DNA of 64,000 nucleotides from Octopus vulgaris (lineage: Eukaryota). The notes under the pieces were generated by a model, which was given only the letters and a program-made list of their open reading frames with translations, made no database searches and was not told where the DNA came from. Positions 46,899 to 61,312 of the stretch are shown in pieces. The first letter of the stretch is position 1; each line of letters begins with the position of its first letter. The position numbers were made by a program, and so were the translations under genes. Where the stretch lies: contig OX597835.1 in assembly GCA_951406725.2 (NCBI GenBank), positions 12,276,001 through 12,340,000 on the forward strand, written 5' to 3'.

Positions 46899-47226
46899 GT
46901 AAGTATCTGTGACATTTCACTAGATCTAATATCTGTTTCTTTACTGCCCACAAGGGGCTAAACATAGAGGGGACAAACAAGGACAGACAAACGGATTAAG
47001 TCGATTACATTGAAGTATTCCTTGAAGTATTCTTTCCTCGAATGGACCCGACCACAGTACTGTTTTATGTTTTTTTTTCTTAAGCCTAGCCTGGACCTTA
47101 TTATGTCTGTGTCCGTGGCCGAACCGCTCAGTTACGAGGACGTAAATCCATCGACACCGGTTCTCAAGTGGTGGTGATAGGACAAACACAGACACGAACA
47201 CATACGGATACACACACAGATATATT

Positions 47227-47279
<53 letters not shown>

Positions 47280-47387
47280 ATCACGTGACCGACCAGACCA
47301 TCAGATGTTGTTACACATCGCTGGTCACAATGCGTTCGCACTGTTTTAGCCTTCCAATGACGCCACCCTGCTGGCTAAGCAAGCAGG

Positions 47388-47443
<56 letters not shown>

Positions 47444-47857
47444 CGCAGGAGTCGCTGTGTGGTAAGTAGCTTGCTTACATGGTTCCGGGTTCAGTCCCAC
47501 TGCGTGGCACATTAGGCAAGTGTCTTCTACTATACCCTCGGGCCGACCAAATCCTTGTGAGTGGATTTGGTAGATGAAAACTGAAAGAAACCCGTCGTAT
47601 ATGTATATATATATGTATATGTATGTGTGTATATGTTTGTGTGTCTGTGTTTGCCCCACCAACATCGCTTGACAACCGATACTGGTGTGTTTACGTCCCC
47701 GTAACTAAGCGGTTCGACAAAAGAGACCGATTGAATAAGTACTAGTCTTACAAAGCTCTAGCGTCGATTTGCTCGACTAAAGGCGGTGCTCCAGCATGGC
47801 CGCAGTCAAATGACAGAAACAAATAAAGGAATAAAAGAGTATATATAATACATATAT

Positions 47858-47888
<31 letters not shown>

Positions 47889-47965
47889 CACATATATATA
47901 TACATATATATATAGATATATAGATATATATATATACCTATAGATACATATATACATATATATAT

Positions 47966-48045
<80 letters not shown>

Positions 48046-48448
48046 CGCAGGAGTGGCTGTGAAGTAAGTAGCTTGTTTACCAACCACATGGTTCCGGGTT
48101 CAGTCCCACTGCGTGGCACCTTGGGCAAGTGTTTTTTACCATAGCCTCGGGCCGACCAAAGCCTTGTGAGTGGATTTGGTAGACGGAAACTGAAAGAAGC
48201 CCGTCGTATATATGTATATATATATATGCGTGTGTGTGTTTGTGTGTCTGTGTTTGTCCCCCCTAGCATTGCTTGACAACCGATGCTGGTGTGTTTATGT
48301 CCCCGTTACTTAGCGGTTCGGCAAAAGAGACCGGTAGAATAAGTACTGGGCTTACAAAAGAATAAGTCCCGGGGTCGAGTTGCTCGATTAAAGGCGGTGC
48401 TCCAGCATGGCCGCAGTCAAATGACTGAAACAAATAACAGACTAAAGA

Positions 48449-48483
<35 letters not shown>

Positions 48484-48487
<4 letters not shown>

Positions 48488-48690
48488 CGTGCAGGAAGTA
48501 AATAGACACCTTTAATTTTCAAAATCTTTTATTTAATACGCAAAGCGAATAATTGAAATGTAATCGATAGGTAGGACTACATACTTTAGTATTTAGTTGA
48601 CATTCCCTTTGCAGTTTTTAATTCAGAAACTCTTTTTGGCATTGAACTGATGAACTTTGTAATATTCTCTTGTGGAATTTCTGCCCCCTT
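48484..48690 (-). mobile_element. Tc1-like transposon 3' end
   Basis: Minus-strand translation EIPQENITKFISSMPKRVSELKTAKGMSTKY*; terminus TA|CAG. Confidence 0.75.
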
Positions 48691-50889
48691 TTCACCTCCA
48701 CAACTAACCAAAGTATAATGAGCTAACGAACAAGCAGATTATCATATAGATACCGCTTGCTCTTTTACTCTTTTACTTATTTCAGTCATTTGACTGCGGC
48801 CATGCTGGAGCACCGCCTTTACTCGAACAAATCGACCCCAGGACTCATTCTATGTAAGCTTAGTACTTACGGGGACGCAAACACACCAGCATCGGTTGTC
48901 AAGCGATGTCGTGGCGGGGGTGGACAACACAAACACACAAACACATACACATACATATACATATATATATACATATATACGACGGGCTTCTTTCAGTTTC
49001 CGTCTACCAAATCCTCTCGCAAGCATCGATGTTGGGGGGGGGGAACAACACAGACACACAAACACATACACATACATATACATATATATACATATATACG
49101 ACGGGCTTCTTTCAGTTTCCGTCTACCAAATCCACTCACAAGGATTTGGTCGGCCCGAGGCTATAGTAGAAGACACTTGCCCAAGGTGCCACGCAGTGGG
49201 ACAGAACCCGGAACCATGTGGTTGGCAAGCAAGCTACTTACCACACAGCCACTCCTGCGCCTATATACGTTTAGTGTTGGTTGTCGGAAGAAGGAATACT
49301 CATAACCATAAAAGAGATTGGTGGTATCTCTATTTTGATCTTGCTGCTCTGGGAGTGTTGCTTGTGGGCGTAGGAATATCAAGCAAATCATGAAATGAAA
49401 TTCTAGATTAGAAAAAGACTAACTCGAGAAATATAAGTGTTTGTAGGGGGGGGGGGGGTCAGGGGAGGGAGCGTATTGTTAACATCATAAGAATTTTATA
49501 AACTTTAGAAAATAATTATCTTTTGGAACATTGGCTCTCGAAACACATCACATAAAGCTATAAATAATATCGGGTAAATATTGGGTTGAAACCCCACCCC
49601 CCTTTGCATACGAAAATTCGAAAGCTTCGCATAGGACTCGAACCCGTATCTCTTGTAGATATACATGGCAAGCGTTCTGCCATTAGGCCAAAGCAATCCT
49701 TCGAATTTCTCGGTTTATTTCAGAAAGTTTGTTTTCCCCAGAGAGACTTGGGCGTTGTTGACGTCATCAAAATTTGACGAACTTTCGAGAAAACGTGAAA
49801 TAATTGTTTTTTGGAACATTGGTTCTCGAAGTAGCTTACATAAAGCTATAATATGTAAATACTGAGTTTAAAAACCCTCTTGAGAAAAATATCAAATTCT
49901 TTTTTACTCGTTCATTCTTTTACTTGTTTCAGTCATTTCACTGCGGCCATGCTGGAGCACCTACTTAGAGGATTTTAGTCGAACATATCGAGTCTCCATG
50001 ACTTAGTTTTTTTAAGCCAAGCACTTATTTTATCAGTCACTTTTGCCGAATGGCTAAGTTACGTGTACGTAAACACACGAACACCGGTTGCCAAGCGGTG
50101 ATTGAGGGATAAACGCAGACACAAAGACACACACGCACACACACACATACACACACACAAACACGCGCGTGCGCGCACACACACTCACACATATACATAG
50201 ATACGACATTGCTTCTTTCAGTTTCCGTCTACCAAAAGCACTCACACGGCTTTGGTCAGCCCAGGGCTATAGTAGAAGACGTATGACCAAGGTGCCACGC
50301 AGTGGGACAGAACCAGGAACCATGTGGTTAAGAAGCAAGTTTCTTACCCCCACAAACTCTTGTGACCTCAGCAATACACAGTTCTCGCCGGCAGGAATAA
50401 AATTTCTTAAATCGACATTAGGAAAATTGAATGTCCCAAGTTATTTAACTGAACAGATATATTTTCGACGCTTTACGCTAATTCGAAATCATTTCTTGAC
50501 ATGTAACGTTAATTTTCAGAGTCCCTAATAGACAGAGACATGAAGGATGCTAAAGTGAACGGTAGCACTTACTCTTTACTCTTTTACTCTTTTACTCTTT
50601 TACTTGTTTCAGTCATTTGACTGCGGCCATGCTGGAGCACCACCTTTAATCGAGCAACTCAACCCCCGGGACTTATTCTTTTTGTAAGCCCAGTACTTAT
50701 TCTATCGGTCTCTTTTGCCGAACCGCTAAGTGACGGGGACGGACATAAACACACCAGCATCGGTTGTCAAGCAATGCTAGGGGGACAAACACGGACACAC
50801 AAACACACACACACGCAAAAAAATGGAAAAAAATGATGGTAAATTTTTTTGAAAGTTAAAAGGTGGAGTTGCGTCCCCTAGATATTCTA

Positions 50890-50951
<62 letters not shown>

Positions 50952-51888
50952 TACGACGGGCTTCTTTCAGTTTCCGTCTACCAAATCCATCACTTGCATC
51001 AGAACGTTTAGAAAGAACTTGTTCAATAATTACTCTTTTACTCTTTAACTTGTTTCAGTCATTTGACTGCGGCCATGCTGGAGCACCGCCTTTAATTATT
51101 TACAAAATATATGATGAATGAATATTTAAACGGTCATAGAATAGGAAATACTAAACATTTTTTTCCCGTTCATTTCCGACACTCGGTCAGTTTCGACGAG
51201 GGGTGTTCCAGTTGATACAATCAACGGAACAGCCAATTCATTTAATTAACGTGCAAATGGCTGATCATTCTACAGACACGTGATACGCTTAACGTAGTTC
51301 TTAGGAAGATTCGGTGTGACACAAAATGTAACAAGGCTGGTCCCCTTTCGAATTACAGGCACTACTCATTTTGTGCCAGCTGAGTGGACTGGAGAAATGT
51401 GAAATAAAGTGTCTTGCTCAAGGACACAACGCGCGTCTGAGAATCGAACTCTCGACCTTACGATTGTGAGCCGAATACCGTAACAACTGAGCCACGCTCT
51501 CCTTCACTCCTTCTTCTAAGACCCTATGCATCAAAGGTGTCCTTTTTATGTTTTTTTTCTTAAGCCTGGGCCATATTATGTCAGTGTCTGTGGCCGAACC
51601 GCTCAGTTACGAGGACGTAAATCCATCGACACCGCTTCTCAAGTGGTGATGATGGGACAAAAACAGACACGAACACATACGGATACACACACAGATATAT
51701 TACTACATATATATAGATATATATATATCTCATGTGATCACGTGACCGACCAGACCATCAAATGTTATTACACATCGCTGGTCACAATGCGTTCGCACTG
51801 TTTTAGCCTTCGAATGACGCCACCCTGCTGGCTAAGCAAGCAGGCCAATATATATATATATTAAACTCTCGTGAAATGTTCGTTACAG

Positions 51889-52010
51889 TGTCACGACCTA
51901 CTGGATAGCTCATAGTGATTGTCCGAACAATGGATGTGCCATGATGGACAACAACCACACGATGGAATGTGTTCAATGCAGCGATAAGCGTTTGGTGTTT
52001 TGTAAAAAAG
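51889..52010 (+). CDS. Coding exon 3: C-half of the CTL-like domain (VTTYWIAHSDCPNNGCAMMDNNHTMECVQCSDKRLVFCKK)
   Basis: Acceptor gttcgttacAG, donor AAG|GTAGGT, phase 2 in and phase 1 out. WIA corresponds to the WIGL motif and C-x7-C (CSDKRLVFC) to the CTLD terminus. Absent from the ORF track. Confidence 0.85.
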
Positions 52011-53421
52011 GTAGGTTTACAATCTAATCTTGTTTTTCATTTTATTGTTTCATTCCCCCAAATTAATCTATTTTACGTTCAGTAAATCAATGTGACGAAC
52101 TCTAGCGTAAGAGATATAAACTCTCGGTTTATTCATACGTGACGCAGATTTAATCCTGTCGTTTGACCTCACAGCTTTAAGGAAAATCGCAAAATAACGC
52201 AAGATATTTATTCCTTCTACCACTTGAGCCGTTTATCACTCTTCGATTATTAAAGTTTCGCTTTCTTACAAGACCGTATTTTAGAATTGCAATAGACTGA
52301 ATTGAACTATGGAAGGGATTTACAACCTTGTTTATTGATCCCGCTTATCAGAAAGTTGTGTTGGGAATATCTAACAAAACTGGAAACAGCCAACCAGCGA
52401 GCGTCAATATTTCTTTGATTTTACTGGGAATAAAAGCGAAAACTCACTAAAATCGGTTTCCATTACCTTTAAGGAAGATCACATTGGATGACTTAATTGA
52501 TTATTCACTTCAGTGTTTGAAATGGAAAACGGAGTAGATTTCTCGATTTGGGCTAAATTATTATGGAAATATTGGGCACCAAATCCTCTTAGGATTTGCT
52601 TCCGTGACTCAACTATCAAATGTTTTCTGTCGAAAACAGAATCAAATATTTATTGAAGTTATTGAAATTGTTGGACCAAGACTTATGAGGGTGAATATAG
52701 TATTTTAACTCTCGATTTTGTCTTTTAAACAGAAAGTGGATGAGCCAGTGTCCCTGACTCTTTACAGGGCCACAGATGCTGGTGGAATGGGAAGGAGGAG
52801 TATTATCCTCAAATCGGAGACTTGGTAAGAGTGCCTACAACAGAGGGGACTCCTCCGAAGGAACCTATTGTGCCAGGTGTAGGTATGAAACCGAAAGGAG
52901 TGTTAAGTCTAACCACAGGTTGGCCATAGAGGAATTTGAACTCAGAACACAAAGAGACTTAAGCTAAAATATACCATAGTACATCGAACGGCAGTAGTTT
53001 AGTTACAAACACACTAAGAAACAAGGAAGGTGTCGGTATATACTCTAAAATATTCATTAAGAGACGGGAGCAAATATATTTTTCGCAAATATTAATATTT
53101 AACCTTCAGCACGTTGTAGGTGCATCATGTCACCGTATGAGTTTTCTCCCCTGTAATAACAGGGCAGTAGCAGGGGAGACAATGCTAGATAAAATGCAAT
53201 GTGTTACAGGTTAACATTAAGACTAAGTATCAACCGGAAGTAGGAGTTTGTGGCAACTGCTTACGTCTGTAACAAGAGACATAGAGCAATTAGTTTCTTG
53301 TCTTTCACTTCAGGCGAAAGAACATTTCACTACCTCCTGACATCATTACCACTATCATCACTATCATCTTAAGCATCAATTGTATTGCCATCTTCTATTA
53401 TCTTGTAATTAACATCATTGC

Positions 53422-53453
<32 letters not shown>

Positions 53454-53786
53454 CCACTACTATCATCATCATCATCGTCATTACTAGCACCAGCACCAGC
53501 ATTATCATCATCCCCAACATCATCACCACCGACGCCACTGCCTACTATCTTATTCAACACGATCATCATCATCATCACCATCACCATCATCACTATCATC
53601 ATCATCATCACCATCACCATCATCATCGTTGCTGTTGTCGTCGACTATGGTGACGACGACGACGTCATTACCATTCTATTATTAGATACAGATAAGGAAA
53701 TAATTTTATTCTCAAACGCAGGATTATGCCAATGATATAACATGAACAGAATAAACTATCCATATTTTACAGAAAAATCTGTCGGC

Positions 53787-53858
53787 GGCCAGCCATGAGA
53801 CTCGAACTCACATCCCCGTGATTACGCGTCAAGTGCTTTACCATTAAGCTAAACTGAC
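53787..53858 (-). pseudogene. tRNA-like sequence (Thr CGT-like anticodon) within the MITE-like repeat
   Basis: GTCAGTT-TA-GCTT/AAGC-CTTGA[CGCGTAA]TCACG-GTGAG[TTCGAGT]CTCAT-GGCTGGC folds as a cloverleaf but has G33, a stem mismatch and several GU pairs. Confidence 0.55.
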
Positions 53859-54682
53859 CCAACGAGAATTCTAGCCGCCGACAGATTTTTCTGCAAAATA
53901 TGAATAGTTTATCCTGTTCATGTTATTCTAATGCTAATAAGATTATTAACGCCGGGTGAAATGCTTAGCGGTATTTCGTCTACCGCTACGTTCTGAGTTC
54001 AAATTCCTCCGAAGTCGACTTTGCCTTTCATCCTTTCGGGGTCGATAAATTAAGTGCCAGTGAAACACTGGGGTCGATGTAATCTACTAGTCCCCTCCCA
54101 TCAAATTTGAGGCCTTGTTCCTCCAGCAGAAAGGATTATTATCATCACCATTATCATTGCTCTCATAATCGCACCTACTCCTATTTTGTATTCCACCTTC
54201 AGCACCTTCCTCGATCTATTTTTGCCACTGTCTCTTTCCTAATTTCACCTGACAGGTAGCTGAAGATCCAGCAAACTGTGTGCCGAATTAACTCCTTTCG
54301 GAGCACCATCAAATATCCTTTCGCTTAAGACACATCCGTAGTGTTTTCTTAATTTCCTTATACCCCGTCACTTAGCGGTTCGGCAAAAGAGACCGATAGA
54401 ATAAGTACTGGGCTTACAAAAAGAATAAGTCCCGGAGTCGATTTGCTCGACTTAAGGCGGTGCTCCAGCATGGCCGCAGTCAAATGACTGAAACATGTAA
54501 AAGAGTAAAAGAGTATACCATCAACTCATAAATATGGATATATATATCCATATATATGTATATATGTATACAAGTTTGTGTAAGTACCTACGTGGAAATA
54601 TATTTGTAAACGTGAATGATCTTACATACATATATATATATGGTATGTTGATTTTGTTCATTCATTATAAATCTTGAATCAT

Positions 54683-54747
54683 GCTTGCACCGATGAGTAA
54701 AGAGCGCAACCACTGCGCTGATTACGAAATCACTGGTGATCTGCAGC
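54683..54747 (+). ncRNA. Type I hammerhead motif, U4C core variant
   Basis: TGCA-CCGATGA-GTAA..AGCGCA/TGCGCT..TTAC-GAAA-TCAC-TG-GTGA-TC|TGCA; all three stems pair; AUC triplet. Confidence 0.7.
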
Positions 54748-54980
54748 TAAATTCTGTTTTTAAATGACTTGCTTCGAGACTTGCATTCGGTACGATATGT
54801 TTATTTTGGTAGTTTTTACTTTAAGAGTCCCTCCTAGCGTGCGGCATTTATGTGTAACAATGCCCTCTATATAATATGAATAAATATATTCAAGTGGAAA
54901 AAACTTACAGATTTATTCTCTTATCAGGTTTTTCACGCTAACTACTTGATAATTTCTTATGAATATTTTATCCTATTTTT

Positions 54981-55024
<44 letters not shown>

Positions 55025-55648
55025 CATATATATACCTGGGATTTTAACTAAGGACCTGTAAATTCATGGAAGTACCCACCAACACCCCTATCTTCTGGAA
55101 AAAGATGCATTGTCAACATTATCCCCCTGCCTATATACATTACATATTACAAAATTTCGCACCAGACAACCTGATGACGGCGGGTAAGCAAAAACATCGA
55201 TGTGACTGACAACTTTTTCTTTGTAATAATTCATGTATTCCCACATAAAAACATTTGAGTAATTTTTATATTCATTATTAAATTGTTTTTATACATAACT
55301 CCACATGAAATCAAACATTAATAAATATCTGCATATATGTGTGCGCGTGTGTGTATACACATATATATACATATACATATATATATATATTATGGCTGCC
55401 CCCTCGTTATCGAGTATGGCCATTGCACAAAGCTTAACTGTTACTGGTGCTGTGGTCGAATGTGACTTTTTAGCCCAGTGTCTTGTGCAGAATTGGCAAC
55501 TAAAACCTTTACTGGTAATAGCCGGCTTTAGTTGCAACTGGGCTTCATGTACCTTTGCATGCTGTTTAAGTCCTCTTGCCGAATTACACTCTCTTCCACA
55601 TGCCAGACAGATATGATTAGTATATATATATGTGTGTATGTATGTACG

Positions 55649-55718
<70 letters not shown>

Positions 55719-55831
55719 TATGTATGTACGTATATATATATATATATATATATATATACTCAAAAATAAGCAACAAGAATGACTCCGGTAATTTGTTACA
55801 ATTGTTTCGCACTACAACATTTTATTAAAAG

Positions 55832-55867
<36 letters not shown>

Positions 55868-56075
55868 CCATGTTGATTCGCTAGCTTCTGCACGCATTTT
55901 TTTCTTCCTTGTTTCTCTCCGTGTTTCTTTTCTGTGTATCTTTCTGTTGGAGAGCGTAGGCTCGAAACGTAAAAGACTTGTTTTATTATTTATATTCCTG
56001 AGCGCCATACTAATACAATTGTTTGTTTGTATTCCACCTGCCTTCGTCTTTTGTTTATTTTCATAAAGTTTCCCG

Positions 56076-56164
<89 letters not shown>

Positions 56165-56374
56165 TATGTGTGTGTATGTAGATACGTATATGGTGTGTAC
56201 ATATATATATATTATATACATATATGTGTGTATGTAGGTATGTATATGTGTATATGTGTGTGTATTCGTATATTTTAGTGTGTGTTTGTGTGTGTGTATA
56301 TATATTTGTTCACGTGCTTATATTATACATTTTATATTTTTATATGCCTTGTTCTATATTTTCTCGCATTCCAG

Positions 56375-56581
56375 AGAGACCCTGCCAATACGTTAAAAAT
56401 GTAACTTCAGCTTTCCGTGAACTTATACAAGAAGATAACCTAAATGACTGTGAACATAATTGCTGTACCAAAACGAAATGCGTTGGATGGTCATTCACTG
56501 CAAATGGTTGTTACCACTACAATTCCACTTTGGATACAACAACAGAAGGAACTATAGCGAACACGAAACAACCTTTAAACA
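56375..56581 (+). CDS. Coding exon 4: PAN/Apple-like domain (RPCQY...DCEHNCCTKTKCVGWSFTANGCYHYNST...)
   Basis: Acceptor ttttctcgcattccAG, donor A|GTAATA, phase 1/1. C-x3-C-x5-C-x-G-W-x-F-x4-C pattern of PAN modules. Confidence 0.8.
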
Positions 56582-56823
56582 GTAATAATTTTCTTGTTCA
56601 ATATAATTACAAAAAAGCTTACTAAGACAAAACATTATTGACAAGGCGCGGGAGTGGCTGTGTGGTAAGTAGCTTGCTAACCAACCACATGGTTCCGGGT
56701 TCAGTCCCACTGCGTGGCATCTTGGGCAAGTGTCTTCTGCTATAGCCTCGGGCCGACCAATGCCTTGTGAGTGGATTTGGTAGACGGAAACTGAAAGAAG
56801 CCTGTCGTATATATATATGTATA

Positions 56824-56865
<42 letters not shown>

Positions 56866-57160
56866 TCCCCCTAGCATTGCTTGACAACCGACGCTGATGT
56901 GTTTACGTCCCCGTCACTTAGCGGTTCGGCAAAAAGAGACCGATAGGATAAGTACTGGGCTTACAAAGAATAAGTCCCGGGGTCGATTTGCTCGACTGAA
57001 GGCGGTGCTCCAGCATGGCCGCAGTCAGGTGACTGAAGCAAGTAAAAGTGTAAAGTGTAAAGGGTGAAAAATCTGTCGGGTAGAACGCATTATGATATTG
57101 AGTTACTCCCCTTGACATTTGTCTTTCGTCCGGCAGGGATCGATGAATAAGTGGATGGGA

Positions 57161-57547
57161 TGGAAGCACTCCGTCGGTTACGACGATGAGGGTTCCGGTT
57201 GATCCGAATCAACGGAACAGCCTGCTCGTGAAATTAACGTGTAAGTGGCTGAGCACTCCACAGACACGTGTACCCTTAACGTAGTTCTCGGGATTTATTC
57301 AGCGTGACACAGACAGTGACAAGGCTGGCCCTTTGAAATACAGGTACAACAGAAACAGGAAGTAAGAGTGAGAGAAAGTTGTGGTGAAAGAGTACAGCAG
57401 GGATCACCACCATCCCCTGCCGGAGCCTCGAGGAGGTTTTTTAGGTGTTTTCGCTCAATAAACACTCACAACGCCCGGTCTGGGAATCGAAACCGCGATC
57501 CTATGACCGTGAGTCCGCTGCCCTAACCACTGGGCCATTGCGCCTCC
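57161..57547 (-). mobile_element. tRNA-derived SINE family C with a 12-bp TSD. Other copies at about 4131-4450, 5158-5543, 5775-6158, 6963-7285, 26357-26468, 29661-29830, 41612-41996, 51200-51500
   Basis: Head GGAGGCGCAATGGCCCAGTGGTTAGGGC..GGTTTCGATTCCC; TSD CGATGAATAAGT at 57141-57152 and 57548-57559. Confidence 0.9.
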
Positions 57548-57686
57548 CGATGAATAAGTAACAATAAGTTGTCGGTGGATCTGCCGGTCTGGACCTTGTG
57601 CTGTTGGCCCCTAGGGACGGACAGGTAAATAGACAGATCTATAAATAGACATTCGGTTGGCAGATAAACAGATAGAGAGACAGATA

Positions 57687-58106
57687 TGTTTCTTTATTAG
57701 CCACACAGGGCTGCACACAGACAGAACAAATTACAAGGTAGAGCTTTTCTTTTGGGGGTAAAAAAAAAGGGGGGTTGGTTTTCGATCAAAAGGGATCGTA
57801 AAAGGAAAGAAAGAGGACAAAAAAAAGGAGAAGATTTTTTTTTAAAAAGGGGGGGGTGGAGAGGGGAAAAAAGTTGACCAATAGAGATCGTAATCACAGA
57901 AATGTCAATATGAAGTGTAAAGGGGAGGACAGGTGAGGTTTACCCGTGGAAGGAAAAGCCTACGGAAAAGACCACGGTAACCTCGATCAATGAAGTCACA
58001 TGTTATATTTCTTTTTTTTTTTTTTTTTTTGCAAATAAGCAACTCTCTGTATTAATTTTTACGGTTCATAGAATCATAGTCAAGGTGGCTTCGTCATTCA
58101 TACGTG
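57687..58106 (-). mobile_element. Third Tx1-like copy, 3' UTR only
   Basis: Close match to 2220-2641. Confidence 0.8.
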
Positions 58107-58365
58107 TAAATAGATGGAGAGGAAGCCACGTCGCATCTCAGGATGGGGAAGAAACATCTTTCATTATTTATTTCTTTGTTTTAGGTTTGAAAATTTGTTT
58201 TGACCGAATGTTTCGAGCCTAGCAACTTATTTTTCTAAAGCTTGGTACTTATCCTATCGATCTCTTTTGCCGAACTGCTAAGTTACGATGAGATAAAGCC
58301 ACCAACACCGGTTATCAAGTAGTAGCCGGGCGACAAACACACACACACACACATACATACACACA

Positions 58366-58515
<150 letters not shown>

Positions 58516-59120
58516 GAAAATAAGAAATCAATTAATATGTATATTTATTAACTGCAAAAATAAACTTTATAGAGACTATGTTTATTTTTGCAGGTAGTAA
58601 ATACACTTATTAATTGATTTATCTCTGTTTTCTTATTTTTCTTTAAATAAATGGCGGTGCCCCAGCATGGCCACAGCTCGTGAGCTGAAACTAGATAAAA
58701 TAAATAAATGAATAGATAAATAAAATAAAATATAAACATTGGTTTATTTAATTACCTGTGAGTATTATAATAAATGTTTACAACAAATACCAGGTAACGA
58801 ACAGGTAATTTATTGGATATTACTATCCCTTAATGAGGCTTATCCAACCTCTAATTAAACTCTGTGTGTGTGTGTGTGTTAAATAATTAAAGAGTGTAAT
58901 TCTCTCCATGAAATAACACGGAAGGGCTCCGTATATTGAGCAAATATCAAAGTTCAAGGAGGGAGAGAAGACAAATTAGTTTATCATCCTCCTAGCCCGG
59001 TCAATACATATTCAAATTGGGGATAAAATCAAATATGTACATATTTTTATTATAATCCCAGGTTTTTTTATTGTATCTCCATTATAATCTCAATAAAAAA
59101 TATATATGTATACATTTGAT

Positions 59121-59189
<69 letters not shown>

Positions 59190-59196
<7 letters not shown>

Positions 59197-59685
59197 TCTA
59201 GTTGTGTGAGTGTCTGTCCCCTTCGATTTAGATTCCTAACTCCTCCCACATTTTGCGGTGCAGTTTAACCAAATTCGGGTATCTTATAGTCGTGATTCAT
59301 ATCGAGCCCGTCTGACTATTAGCGCGCGTCAACGATGAGTCTACGATTTTAAAAATAATTTAACATCATTTTTTATTCCATTTTAATGCATAAAATGCAT
59401 CGTGTGTCGATGGCGGCGGAGTTGGCGTCCACGCTCACAGCTGCACCTGTTTGCTTCTCCCCCTTCCCTCCCTCGTGAAGCTGTGGGGAAGGGAGTGTAA
59501 AGAAATCAACGTCGTAATGCGTTGTGAAGGAAACCAGCGTTCTTTTAGAACAACGACTTCATGGCTTGAAGACACCAAAACAAAAATGGCTAAGAAAGCC
59601 CGAATTTATAAGGGAAGTAACTCTCTAAAAATGCTTATATAGTTATTTCCCTTACAAACCCGAGCAACGCCGGGCGATACTGCTA

Positions 59686-59686
<1 letters not shown>
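59190..59686 (+). mobile_element. Non-autonomous Helitron
   Basis: 3' hairpin CCCGagcaacgcCGGG then CTAG|T; nearly the same 3' end as the element at 34359. The 5' end is lost in (TA)n. Confidence 0.7.
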
Positions 59687-59715
<29 letters not shown>

Positions 59716-59723
<8 letters not shown>

Positions 59724-60083
59724 TTAGAGACAAAACCACTATTAGGCAAATCAAACAATGAAACACTTAAGCCAATACATAAGATTATTTAATTTATATT
59801 ATTTAAATATATAACAAAATTATTAAAAAAATATAATTAATATCACACTAATATCATTGTTTAAACCTCGCCAAGATAAATATTTAAACCACCTGATGAA
59901 TGACTGCGACTCAAAAATTTGAAGAAGTTAGCAGGCATGAAACGATCGTAGTGTGATATTAATTATATTTTTTTAATAATTCTGTTATATATTTAAATAA
60001 TATAAATTAAATAATCATATGTATTGGCTTAAGTTTTTCATTGTTTGATTTGCCTAATAGTGGTCTTGTCTCTAATTTAATAT
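59716..60083. repeat. Inverted repeat, ~135-bp arms, hammerhead in the spacer
   Basis: ttaaattagagacaaaaccactattaggcaaatc... is the reverse complement of ...gatttgcctaatagtggtcttgtctctaatttaa. Confidence 0.9.
59890..59953 (+). ncRNA. Type I hammerhead ribozyme motif, canonical core, in the spacer of a large inverted repeat
   Basis: CAC-CTGATGA-ATG..CTGC...GCAG..CAT-GAAAC-GATC-GTA|GTG; palindromic stem III ACGATCGT. Confidence 0.8.
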
Positions 60084-60176
60084 AATATAATATTTTACTA
60101 TAAAATTGGATTCAATCCTAAATCTGATTTTTCCCTGTAAGTTTGGATTTATTCCCTAATATTTATTATATATATA

Positions 60177-60260
<84 letters not shown>

Positions 60261-60264
<4 letters not shown>

Positions 60265-61096
60265 GCAATAAGAAAATGGAGGGGATCAATAGGTGGTTCA
60301 TCAACTTTTAGACATAATATTATGTTCATTTATTTATTTATTTACTAAATTGATAATTACAGTAATATACATACATATAACATATTATTCTTTACATATA
60401 AGATATAAGATAGGAAATATAGTAATATATAAGGATACCAGTAATTATTATAAAATAACAAACACGAATATAAATTGGGAAAATATTATTCTATAATAAT
60501 TACTGGTATCCTTATATATTACTATATTTCCTATCTTATATCTTATATGTAAAGAATACTATGTTATACATGTATGTATATTCTTGTAATTGACAGTTTA
60601 ATAAATAAATAAATAAATAAGTTAACGTAGTAAGTAGCTTGCTAACCAACCACATGGTTCTGGGTTCCATCCCACTGCGTGGTATCTTGGGCAAGTGTCT
60701 TCTGCTATAGCCCCGGGCCGACCAATGCCTTGTGAGTGGATTTGGTAGACGGAAACTGAAAGAAGCCTGTCGTATATATGTATATATATATATATGTATG
60801 TGTGTGTATGTTTGTGTGTCTGTGTTTGTCCCCCTAGCATTGCTTGACAACCGATGCTGGTGTGTGTTTACGTCCCCGTCACTTAGCGGTTCGGCAAAAG
60901 AGACCGATAGAATAAGTACTGGGCTTACAAAGAATAAGTCCCCGGGGTCGATTTGCTCGACTAAAGGCGGTGCTCCAGCATGGCCGCAGTCAAATGACTG
61001 AAACAAGTAAAAGAGTAAAGAGTAAAAGAGTAAAGAGTATGTCTAAAAGTTGATGAACCATCTGTTGATCTCCTCCATTTTCTTATTGCTCTATAA
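60261..61096. repeat. Inverted repeat, ~190-bp arms; the right arm is interrupted by a SINE A
   Basis: agcaataagaaaatggagg..ggataccagtaattatta versus taataattactggtatcc..[SINE 60629-61037]..ctccattttcttattgct. Confidence 0.85.
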
Positions 61097-61266
61097 ATTA
61101 ATGGTAAAAATATCTCTTTACCTTCACCCATTCAGTACACTCGGTAATGTAATTGCAATGCAATAAAACCACTTGTGTATTAATAATTGGGTACTTTACC
61201 AGCAGTATATTGGATAGATATTATCCCTTAGTTGGTTGGATTCACAACCTCTAACTTTCTTGGAGT

Positions 61267-61312
<46 letters not shown>

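Noticed and set aside
53787-53858. Functional tRNA-Thr gene
   Set aside because: G at position 33, an anticodon-stem mismatch, a weak acceptor stem, and location in a repeated palindromic element.
55167-55206. CTGATGA..AAAAC-ATCGAT-GTG as an active hammerhead
   Set aside because: G12 is lost, the triplet is not NUH and stem II is broken; counted only as a decayed relic.
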